64,000 nt of DNA from Lingula anatina (Eukaryota; Animalia; Brachiopoda): the NCBI GenBank assembly GCA_051362555.1, contig CM120644.1:24946534-25010533 (forward strand), read 5' to 3'. A program made the translations under genes and the position numbers. Each line of letters begins with the position of its first letter. Position 1 is the first letter of the stretch. Under the pieces are notes generated by a model. The model searched no databases, was not told where the DNA came from, and saw only the letters and a program-made list of their open reading frames with translations. Positions 20,801-32,551 of this stretch are shown piece after piece.

Positions 20801-23800
20801 TTACCCAAGCTTAAGACTGTCCGCTAAGTCGTTACGTCTAGCCCTTTCCAACGCTTTCTTCAACTTGTCTCGACGCTCCTCATTGCTACAAGCCCCCATT
20901 CCTTCTCTCCACTGAAACAGCATATTGCGAATCTGACCAAGTGCGTCACTGGGGAAGTTGAGTTTGAGACGATCTATCTGAGGTCTCTCCACTCCAAGAT
21001 AGGCAGCTACTTCCTCCCACTCAAATCCAATATTTCTTGCTAAGTCGCACATCAAGTCATCAGGTGGATACACAGCTATAAAAATGAAACAATAGAAACC
21101 ATAACACAATCGTCAATATATAACAAGTAACATATGTATTAAATGTAACAGTGAATATTTATCAACAATATCAGTTTCTTGGCATACTTAAATAATATTT
21201 GTCATTTTGTATTTGGATTTTATGTGTTTACATTCACTTATTATCTAATGCAAAAGTGTCTCAATTATAATGCTTTTTATACAATCTTTTAATGATTATG
21301 ACTTTAACTGCACGTGCCTTATTTAAAATAAAATAAGTACAAATACATGTAGAAATGTGCAAATCCGCTTAGCTTTGTCAAAACACTGAATTTCTAGTGT
21401 TACTTAGTAATACCCGAATCTTGATACATATGTGTATATTTACTTTAAGTAATAAGAAAATGAAGGGACAATACCTGCAGATATTCACCTACCGATTCTG
21501 GCTGATGGACAAAAGGTATTTTCATTTTTCCTGAGCCACTTCCTATACGGGGCGGTTTCAATAACTTCTCGGCAGCCAGGCGGACACACGTCGTCACTCT
21601 CCAACATCTCTGTCTTCAGATCTTCTGTCAGTTTCTCCAGGCCGTGTGGGAAGCGGAACCCAATGTTGTACTTCAGGTAAGGGAAGTAGGCTCCAATAAG
21701 TCGGTCTAGCTCTTGCATGATATAGCTAAGTACCTGGAATGCACTGTCGCCCTCCAAGACGTTGACACTTCCTTTAAACGAGCCAACCATGATTTTGAAT
21801 GTGCCGTCTCCTTCATTACATAACTCCAATATTGTGTGAATTGAGCGGTCCACCTTGAAGCATGCATAGTCGCAGTATGGATTTTGGTCGTGAGATGACC
21901 ACTTCCTGTAGCAGCAGACCACCAGGCGATGAAAGAGACCAGGGGGACAGAATCCGCCGTCAAACATCAAATATAATGGAGGAATTTTCTGCATTTTCAA
22001 ATAACCGTCTGGAATGGGTTGGTTTTTTAGCACACAAGGTACTAAATATTTCTTCCATTTGTTGTTGGCTTGTTCCTCCGGTAGTTCAACTAGCAAGTCA
22101 AAGCGTTGACAAATGCGAAGAAGAATCTGTTTATTTCCCTTCAGCTCGGCGTCTTGTTCCCACACACTGTCAATCAGTCGTTCATCTAGTTCTCCTCTAT
22201 CATCCAGCATCTTCCAATAACCCCTGACTTCTGGTTTAGAAACTTTATGGTACTTCTCTACAGTTATTAAGGATGCAAAGGCATCGATCAGCCATTGTGG
22301 ATCTAATATGACAATTTCACTAATGCCAACTTCATTGAAGAAAACAAGTTCTCCCAACTCGCTGTAGAATCCCAAAAAGAATAAAACCTTTTCGGCAACA
22401 TCGAAACCATAGCGCTTTCCCTCCTGGAACACATCCTCTAGGCTCAGACATTTCCGAGATGTGCTCATCTCCTTTAGTCTTTTTTCCAGATGTACATACC
22501 TTAATGGCTGCTCTTCTCCCCAGTGTGGCTGTGCATGGATTGTTTCCCAAATTCCCCCTTTTAACTCCTTGATCCCGGCGTCCTGCTGGTCACAGTTATT
22601 CACAGCGTAGAAGTACGGCTGCACGTGCATGTCATGCGCTGGTCTGCCGTCCAGGAATTCTTGAATTTTACGAAATTTCTCCTTTGTCAGCTTCACCCTT
22701 TCCTGTAGAATTGATTTAAACATCATAGAAATAAAAACATTAAATCAATGTTTTCTCTTTTGTTTGTAATGAGTATGGATAGAAATGTTTAAAAGCGTTT
22801 CGTACAGAACATGTAAGCATGGCCTACCTAATTACAATGGCGACTTAAAATATCAAAAATGTTCTATTTAGAATTTTCATGACCAAATCTAATTTTTCTC
22901 ACAAAAAATTAAACTTTCTCGACCTTTCCCTCAACAAGGATTTGATTCGATCGTCTTTTGTTTATTTATTTATTTATTTATTTATTTATTATCATTAATA
23001 TTATTATTTTTATTATTATTATTTAAATAAATAAAATAATGTTGTTCCATATGTATATAAATCCAGAGTAATTCAGATCAGTTTGATTTCCAGTTTTTGG
23101 TAGTACAGTGTGTATGCTTGTGGGACATCATGTATAAATATGTATGTTTTCAGTATAAAATGTGAATAGTAACATTGTATATCACCTTGAACTTCGCGGC
23201 TTTATTTGTCGATTTCGTTTAAAGGAAAGAAATCTATTTAAAAATGCCCAGGCCCGATTTTGACCTCCTACCTCTTCAGTTTTCCCTAGTTGATCTCTAT
23301 GTGTCCCCACTAATAGGATTCTGGGACAAATATCCACCAATCCAGGGTCTTTTCTTTTTACTATTTCAGTGTGAGTATGGATGGAATTCTGCCAGAATTT
23401 TAAAAAATCTGAAAATAAGTTTCCACACATTATTTGTTAATACGTAATGTGGTTTCTTTGCCATAGCTAATTTCATGGCGTGTAAATGGTACAATTGTAA
23501 ATGTATATGGAACATTACAAGTTCAACTTCCAATGTAATTGAATAATGGTGGGTACATGAACAATAATCACATGTAGTCAAAACAAGTCTGAAAAGATTC
23601 TGATTAAAAGAGAAAGGTGACCAATTAATTTAAAAATGTTAAAGACAACTGAACGCACCACCAACAGTGTCTGGGACGCTATCCACTGGTTTTGGTCCAG
23701 TTCTGCCCACTCGCTCCACATGGACAGGGTCATTTAACTCTTTGGTGAGGTCAAACACCAGTAAGTAGACAGCTCGCCATGTGAGGAAAGTTTGATGTGT

Positions 23801-26800
23801 CGTGTAGAAGACATACTGACCACCAAAGTCCCAGAGTGTCAGTAAATCTGGAACATCTGGTTGTCCTTGGCTTTTTTCAAGAACCTGCTTCACAGTTACT
23901 TCATCTTCATCTATAATGCTTTTCCGTACAGTAGTCTTGTTTGTTTTCCCTAAAAGATAAAAAAAAAATTACTCTGCTGTGCGATACTTTCTTGTACCTA
24001 CACCGAAATAGAGGAGTGACATGTAGCATATTTAAATTGCCGATTGTAAAGCGTATTTGTTAAAAAAGTTTTGTATGAAAATATTTTGTATAATAAAGAA
24101 ATTTTGCTACTACCAACAGCTAATATGGAGGTGGTGACCTCAAATATTCATGGCCAGAAATGCGCAGCATTCACGCGATACGCGAGGGCGCTACAGTAGG
24201 GCTTCACGTGACTCAACTAGCCAATCACAGCACAACAATGGCATCGCACACAGACTCTGTGATAAGTGCTCAGCCCATTGTCAAGTAGTGTTAGTTCATG
24301 ATAACAAGCGTCTGACATGTGCAGAGAAGTTTATTGTAATATATTGTTGTTATTGTTACGTTATTAAATCTAACTCTGTATCCAAGTAGTAACTATACTG
24401 TACCAAGTCAGGTACTGATGATGTGCAGAGGTCATATATTCCAGAATAAGCCATTACCACTAATTTATAACTTTAATTTTGTTTAATATGTTATTCATGA
24501 AAGAGTTCATGAAAGAGTATTTGAATTTGTTAAATCGTGATCTGATTCTTTTTATATTCAAATAATTGAATAATGTGGGTAAAATTGGTCTTCCACTTCT
24601 TATTTGCATATTTCCTTTACTACTGTATAAGATTATTTTGGAACAGTTGAAGCATTAAAATTTGAAATAAATAGCAATCTGAAAGAAGAATTTTGCATTA
24701 TTATTAAATGATGATAGGAATTTTGGATTAAGAGATTAGTTAAATACTGAGTAGTGATATTGTCAGTCAATTTATGTAGAATCTGATAATATGATTGAAA
24801 ATACTGATTGGATTCTTGGCCTTGCACTGGGCAGTTTCACATTTGTACCAAGTGCTTTTTTTTGGACTCCATTGTACAGTGGTAAAAGTTCTTCAATTGC
24901 CATGAAAGTTTTTAATCAGACTGTTATGGTGCTGCTATCTGCTGGTGCTATCTGCAACGAATGAGTTTGTCTTTGTTTCTGAGTGAATCTACCGTCTAAA
25001 ATCACTATTTCTGAAAATATGTGCGTTTTGCTGAGGGTAGGCTAGGCAATACACAGCAAACTTCTTAGTACGTGTGTACAACAGAATTTTTTTAAAAACC
25101 CTAGCAAAATTTGGTCAGGAGTTGCTTGAAGCATAGCACAGCGTTGCTGTCTATCGGCATCAGGCCGTTGGTTTGTCAATTATCACGAATTACCCACGAA
25201 TCGCGAACCCATTCAATTTCCTATGGCAATCTAGCAACTCATTAAAAATGCACGCATGCGCAGTGGGCTAAGCGTGACGCCATGCAGTGCATTTCTGGGG
25301 ATGTATATCCCGATGCCTGTCTAGAGCATCTTCATCAATCTATTACTGATATTGAATATTTTCAATATTACTTGACTATATAATATGTTCACCCTTCATC
25401 ATAACGACTGCTTATAATATATTTTTTTAAAAATATTGATTCACTTTAAAAAAAAATGAAAAATTCAACATTATCTATTATCACAACATTTACTTACTGT
25501 TCTCTCTGTATTCCTTGAGGCCTCTGGCCAGTGCCTCAATACAGTAATTTGTACTGGACTCTACACAACGGGAAATATTGGGAAATGTAAACAGATAATA
25601 CCGTTTGTCAAAGTAAATGCAATAACAAAAAATTCAAAATTTTATTTCCTATATTAGTTCCAAGTATGAGAGACAGAAAGAAAAACAAACAATATACTGT
25701 ATATAAAGCCTTTAATAATTTGATAAAGTTGGTGTTATAATAGACGTGAAGTGGTGTTTGTCACCTTTTCTCTGCCATGATGTCCCTGCAGTGTGTTTCT
25801 CCAGTATACACCCAGATACCTCAATACCATTCGTCACCGGGTCGTCCTCAGTGAATTCTTCCCCCAGCAGATTTCGGCAAAGGTGTGTTTTCCCAATACC
25901 TCCCTGACCAACCACTATCACATTGGCTCTGTACACTCTCTGTGTTCCCTCCGCACACGCTGCCTGATATATGTCTTAATACGTGATAAAAACATATATA
26001 TATATTAACCTGATATGATTAGTATTTAACGTAGCCAGATAACGGCAATTCTGCACATGTATGATACCCGTGAACTAGTTGAAATTATGGGTTCGTTGTA
26101 TAAAGCTGTTACACAAGTAGTCACAGAATATGTAAAATGTAGTCGCTTATGTAAAAGTATTGATGAAGATAGGAAGTTAAGGAAATTGGCTAGAATGACC
26201 CAAAAAAAACACAATGTTGACCAAAAGCATACACACATCTTTGTTTCAACTCTAGTTCTATTTTACCTTTTTAAGGCTTTATACCTTCTACTGTTCCTGT
26301 TTTGTTCTACATACTTACCCAAACTTGCTGAAAGACAAAGATATCAGGATGAATGTAGATGTATAATTGATTAAGATTTTTAAAAAGTATTTACGGAAAA
26401 TATGCAATATTATAGACTGGTCAAAACGGTTTCCAATTTACAATGTTCACCCAAAGCGTACACAATTCTGTGATGAAAGCTCTCTGGTTACAATTTAGGC
26501 CGACTTTGTTTACTCTCATTATATTGTAATTTTTTCAATACTTACCGATCTCTTCCGCTGAAAAATATAATGTATACAAAATAAATGTATTATCAATTTA
26601 AATACCACGTAATGTAAGCTTTCCTCCTACTTTTATCGCGGTATGAGGTTTACTGTTTACTGCTAAATATCTAGGATGTACGAGCATATAACTAGTGAAG
26701 TTTCATTTGTTAACAGCTGTAGGGGAAATTAGCTGATATTTACCAACAAATATTACGTATTCTGGACTGACAGTACACTTTACATATTTGTGTCTTGGTA

Positions 26801-27504
26801 TATACACACACTGGACAATACAGGTGTCACCCCTACGGAACCAGTACTTTGAGGGAGATAAATGACTGTGGAATGATATGCTCCTGGTATCATTTTATTA
26901 ACATCAAATTTCACAAAAAGACCAACAATACAATTCCAGGGCACAGCGGTTTTATACTCATTAGTCACATTATACGTAGACCAGGCATTATAACTTTGAT
27001 TACTCTGGTGACGATTCTATTGTCCAGTGTGTGTATATTGTTTTACAAAGGCAAACACGTTTCCAACACTCCACTTACCTATTACTGTATCCAGGTCTTC
27101 ACCACCTACAGAATACGACAAAATGAAGTATTAAGGTTTTCAATATGTTCTATTCTACAAATACCTAACGTTTACATTACTGAAATACCTTGCGGTTTTA
27201 TATAGTACCCTGCACAAGTCCCACTCTAGATAAATTATCATTCCAGAATCAAAATGTTATACTTTTATAGAGTACCCAAAGTTAAGTCCTAAATCACAAT
27301 GTTTTCTTAAAGTGTACACGACTGTCATTTTGTTATGAGAGCACTCTAGTTTCACATTACAACAAAGATAGGTCATTTATTAGTCCGACTCATACGGGGT
27401 TATCAAAATGTCATCGCTTTCAGAAAAAAAGATAATTCACAAAACTTACCAAATTCAGTAATATTTCTTAGGGGGTCAATCCGACCATCTGAGACTTCTG
27501 TCAT
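20801..27504 (-). CDS. Roco protein 1 (ROC GTPase-COR-death domain), ~762 aa; exons 27450-27504, 27079-27105, 26546-26557, 26319-26327, 25765-25974, 25498-25560, 23659-23949, 23272-23408, 21493-22702, 20801-21075
   Basis: P-loop GQGGIGKT, G2 region VTNGI, G3 WDFGGQ..FYTTHQTFL, G4 VGTHRD; COR motifs ILDPQWL, YLVPCVL, PPGLFHRLVV; death fold LARNIGFEWEEVAAYLG...MLFQW...LKKALERARRNDLAD; the ten exons total 2289 nt and stay in frame. Confidence 0.88.
24143..25308. mobile_element. Old TIR element in a Roco1 intron
   Basis: Imperfect inverted ends ATATTCATGGCCAGAAATGCGCAGCAT / ATGCAGTGCATTTCTGGGGATGTATAT. Confidence 0.45.
26805..27033. mobile_element. Tc1/mariner MITE
   Basis: TIRs CACACACTGGACAATA / TATTGTCCAGTGTGTG with TA flanks; internal sequence shared with the Tc1 copies at about 42.4 and 46.85 kb. 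Confidence 0.85.
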
Positions 27505-28057
27505 TTTCCCATCTCACTTTCCTCTCGCTGTGACTTAGAATATGACTGAACTTGTAGAGGAGAACGAATGGAGTGGACGTACGTCTCACTTTATATTATG
27601 ATACTATAAAATGAGAAGATCTAAGGACGACGAAAGAGTATTTAAACGATGCCATTAAAACAGAGTTTGTTAGAATTATTTTAAATCGATATACATGTAA
27701 ACCTCATATAACGTAAGTATACCTGTTTTCCTTAATCCTGTTACTACCCAGACTTCTACTGAGTACTTTATACGACCGCCATTGCTCTCAGATAAACACA
27801 CAAATTCTCCTGCTCGGTGTGCACTGGTATATGCTAGTGTACTGCTCTATTGTGTACTGGTATATGCTAGTGTACTGCTCTATTGTTTAGGCCACAATGG
27901 CCAACGTCACGTAAACAGTTTATATTTCATTGTAATAATTCCAGGTTAATACCCAGTCGCAGCCGTTATGTTAAAATTGATTGCCCATTGAAACCACGAG
28001 GCGTATTGTGTTTTTATATTATTGATATCGTCTGTTGTGGATTACGTATATGTCTTA

Positions 28058-29352
28058 AGCCTCGGTCACAACCGCACGCACGAATTTCAGAATAGTACGT
28101 CCCCTGCGATTTTTGGGTGTTGCGGAGGCCGTGGAGGTCGTAGAGGGACGCTAATTACAAGGAGCGATGGCCGTAGAAATTGTACTCATTTCTTGAGTTT
28201 GTCTTGCTTCCTGTGTACGTGGCACACACTCACAACTTACGAAGGGAATGCAACGCACGGCGAAAGTAGTGCCCTTTTGCGTCAGTTTTGCTTCACACTT
28301 GCTTCACACGTTTGTGGTGCCGTACTGACGGAGTAAGTCAATTTTGCTTCCTGTTCTCCTCTTCTTTCTCCTCCTTTTTTTTGCTATGTAAGCTTCTTTC
28401 TCTTGCCTTTTTTGGAGGCATATAAAAAACTAAATTGAGCAAAGATTTGAAAATTTTGAAAATCGCTGTAAACATTACACCGTCAATGTTCATTGTAAAG
28501 ACACGAGCGTGCGTCGCGAGCACGCCTGTTATACACCAGACGTGGGGGTGACGCACGTGCGACGCATTCCCGGTGTGCTCTCGACTTTGTTCGTTAGTTG
28601 TGAGGGCGTGCGCCTTAAGCCTAGGTCCCAGCTACGTTTTGGACGCACGGTTTTTAGGTTCCTTGCGTCCGGCTAGGACATTGCTAGATCGCACGTAGTG
28701 GCTGTTGTTCATGTCGAAAAGTAAAAGCCTAGGTCCCAACTACGTTTTGGACGCACGATTTTTTGGTCCCTTGCGTCCGGCTAGGGTCGACGTAGCTAGA
28801 TCGCACGTAGCGGCTGTTGATCATGTCAAAAAGTTTCTACGTGCTGTTTGCGTCCTCCAAATGTCGCACGATGGACGTGCTCCTCACGCATGAACTCCCA
28901 CGTTTTTCCCATTTATTGGCCGTAGACCACACGTTGCAGCCCATACGTTCGGTTGGGGCCTGGGCTTCACTTGATTCCATCCCTGCGATCTAGCTACGTC
29001 CTAGACGATCGCAAGGAACCTAAAAACCGTGCGTCCAAAACGTAGTTGGGACCTAGGCTTTACTCAACAAGCAAAGGGCACCTGCCACTTCATTGCTTGC
29101 GTCGTGCCTCTTGCACAACGCGCGTCTCTCTTGCTTACTCCGTGCGAGGGGAGCAAGTTACTCTTGCGGCCTTGCTGTTCACAGGCTATTCGTAGAATCT
29201 TTTGGGCATGTCCAACAGCCTCAGTACGTGCTTACGGGCTGTCTGCGAACTCGAAATTGCGTAAGAAGGGCTTGCGTGGGACGTGAGATTCTGCGCAAAA
29301 TTTGGACGCAAACAGCCCGTAAGAGCCCGTGCGGTCGGTTGTGACCGAAGCT
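28058..29352. mobile_element. PIF/Harbinger-like non-autonomous element
   Basis: TIRs AGCCTCGGTCACAACCG / CGGTTGTGACCGAAGCT, TTA target duplication; inverted relatives at about 41.0, 45.4 and 49.3-49.8 kb. Confidence 0.8.
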
Positions 29353-29934
29353 TTAGTAAAGGAGCCGGAGTGACAGGAATGATAGTCTGCTAGGAAGCGT
29401 AGATCATTCACTAATACTTTGTACATACATTAACCCCGATAATCCGACTAACCCTAGCCTGTACTAGTACTAATCATGGGGGACCCCAGACTTCTCATTC
29501 CTGGGACTATATTTCCTGTCACACAGTAAGAATAACGAAACAAATATGAATGTACAATCATTACCGTAGCGTAGTTAGTATACGGGTATTCTATAATAAA
29601 GTTGATGTGTACACGTTATCATAGCATATCAGCCTTATTTCATTGTTTGTAAAATGTGCGTGTATACAGGTGGCTGATCCTTCGCCTTGTTTGTTCTGCG
29701 TCTATTCCTCTATTAAATCACTGTTATAATGCACTGAATCCTAATTCAACGTCACATATATTTACAAAGTCTGGTAGCGGGTGTTGACTCCGTAAATGTT
29801 AATACCGGTGCGCAGTGACGTAAAAATACGGCTTTAGGTGTCCGTTTCCTGAATCCCCCCCCCCCCCCCCCCAAAAAAAAAACAAAACAAATAATAATAA
29901 AATAAAATAAAAAACACAGACAACGCCCCCTGCA

Positions 29935-30465
29935 AACACACACCCCGTCTCCAAATACACACTGCACCCCTCCTCCGCACACACATCCCCTCCCATACTC
30001 ATACACACACCCCGTCTCCAAATACACACCGCATCCCTCCCCCGCACACACATCCTCTCCCATACTCATACACACACCCCGTCTCCAAATACACACCGCA
30101 CCCCTCCCCCGCACACACATCGCCTCCCATACTCATACACACACCCCGTCTCCAAATACACACTGCAACCCTCCCCCGCACACACATCCCCTCCCATACT
30201 AATACACACACCCCGTCTCCAAATACACACCACACCCCTCCCCCGCACACACATCCCCTCCCATACTCATACACACACCCCGTCTCCAAATACACACTGC
30301 AACCCTCCCCCGCACACACATCCCCTCCCATACTCATACACACCCCGTCCCCAAATACACACCGCACCCCTCCCCTGCACACACATCCCCTCCCATACTC
30401 CTATACACACCCCGTCTCCAAATACACACTGCACCCCTCCCCCGCACACACATCCCCTCCCATGC
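29935..30465. repeat. ~67-bp C/A-rich minisatellite, about 8 copies
   Basis: CACACACCCCGTCTCCAAATACACAC...CCCATACTCATA repeated. Confidence 0.93.
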
Positions 30466-31373
30466 TCCATCACAGCTTTAAGAGAGAGAATTTATTGAAA
30501 TAATTTATATTTGAATACAGTCGGTAAGCATTTGAAATTGAAGGGGAACAAAAATTGAAGTCACTGAAATAATTAAAGTATATAGAATATGTTAAAACAT
30601 TTCATTTGCATATCAAACACGCAAATTTTATAACAAAACATTTAGTCTGATAAATGTCAACATTAATTACCACCAGGGGATCCTCTGAGCAAGATATACA
30701 ATGCACAAAAGCAATCTGAATGACACAACTGTACCTTCATGTATCAAGACTTTAAATTATAAGACCAATAATTGAGATCTCCCAGTGTGGCGAGAAATGA
30801 TGAACAAGAACACAAAGACATGTTATCAAAATCACTTCAGCACGTAAATAGATGAACATGATTCCTGCTACAAATAACATCAACTAGTATACAACACCAA
30901 ACATTACAAATACAAATTAGGATACATTACACTTATCTTTGTGGAGAGTTATGTTAGCTTTTTTGACTAAATTAACAAGTATGCACTAAATCTTGAGAAT
31001 GGGCACCACCACAATACAAATATTCCAATAAAATGATAGATACAAATTCAAGCACACCAAGACGTGTTTTCAGAATCCCTATATCTATGACAAGCAAGTC
31101 AGTGAACGTAACACAAGCTACAAAAGCAGCCATGACAATTGAATAGCAAATTTTGAGGATAATTTGTCTATATAAATACATTTTAAAATTAAACATAGGG
31201 CCACACTTTTTTTAATTTTATGGATGACATCCTGCGCGTGCACGGATTTTCGCCCGTTCTCAAAAAAAAAAAAAAAAAAAAAAAAAAGCCCCCCCCCCCA
31301 GCCTCCAACGAAGTCGGTTGTCGCAAAAGTCGTTATTGAATTTGCAATGAAATGAGCTTTCTGCGCATGCGTA

Positions 31374-32519
31374 TGTTAAGATACTTCATGGTATATTACC
31401 ACTTCATGGGATAAATGCTCTGATTTTACTGTCAAATCGACTTCATAGGATAAATTGCGACTTCATCTCCACATAAGATATTGCCTGCGACTTCATGGGA
31501 TAATGGTGAAATAGTACCTGTTGTTGGCCCAACGCTATGAGAGAGAACGTTTTTGAAATATAATGTTTTTGTACTGTAAATATTATCCAAAATAGGTAAA
31601 CTGTACGTTTTAATTCACTTTTATGACTGAATAGGGTTTCTTTAGTGGTATTGGATGCATGTTTTGAGTAATTTTAAAATACACAGGCGTATGTAGGTGA
31701 GGATTCAGTATTTCTAAAAATCAGTACATTATGGGACATTATGGTCAGCGTTGAAGAAAAGGGGGTCCAGACCGCCTAGGCCCTCCCTTCCCAGATCCGC
31801 TTGATGCATAAAACTAATGGATCAGGTAAACCAGACTATGAAAACAATTTGCGCATAGGTTACTGGATTATAAGACTAATTTTTCCATGAGGAAAGACGC
31901 GCAAGTGTAATGATTTACGTCTGTCCCTTGGTTTCCGAGATGCTCTGTTCTGGTCCTACACCTGTGAATGTCCATCATGCCGTGATCAATGGTGTCCCCG
32001 AAATGTGCCCTTGGCTGGCTCTCATTTGACCCGAAAGTATTATCTGCGGCACAGTCTGCATTTGGAAACCTGTTAATAAGGCGTCCGGAGGGGGGGGGGG
32101 GGGGGTGTAGGCCTACTCGTTGTTTAGCACCCTAACTAACGTAGTTGATCTGCGAGATCAACAGGCTTGTAGATTGATATTTATTCAGAATTGTGGTTGA
32201 TTGTTATTGTGGTTGATTGTAATTTTTACATCGTAATTTCTGCTATCTACCTTCAGTATTGGGACTTTGCAGTCCTTTTTGGGGGGGGGGGGTATATATT
32301 TTCTATATCGTTGTTACTGGTATCCTCTATCCATTAAAGTGAGGAACATGAGACGCTGGGGATATTTAAACTTGCCATTAGGGATGTGCACGTGTCCTTC
32401 GGATTTTTGGTGACTTTGGTGACCTAGGGGTGGTTGATTATTATCTTTAAATTGTATTTTCTGCTATATACCCATAGGTCTTTAGTTTGAGGAAACTAAA
32501 ATGTCGGGGTGTGCATAGG

Positions 32520-32551
<32 letters not shown>

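Noticed and set aside
21485-21492. Roco genes ending at the ARIGR* stop of the long ORFs
   Set aside because: A phase-1 donor G|GTAGGT precedes the stop in both paralogs and matches the phase of the death-domain exon
29752-30473. Cys/Gly/Val-rich ORFs resembling keratin-associated or metallothionein-like proteins
   Set aside because: Translations of a 67-bp minisatellite in rotating frames
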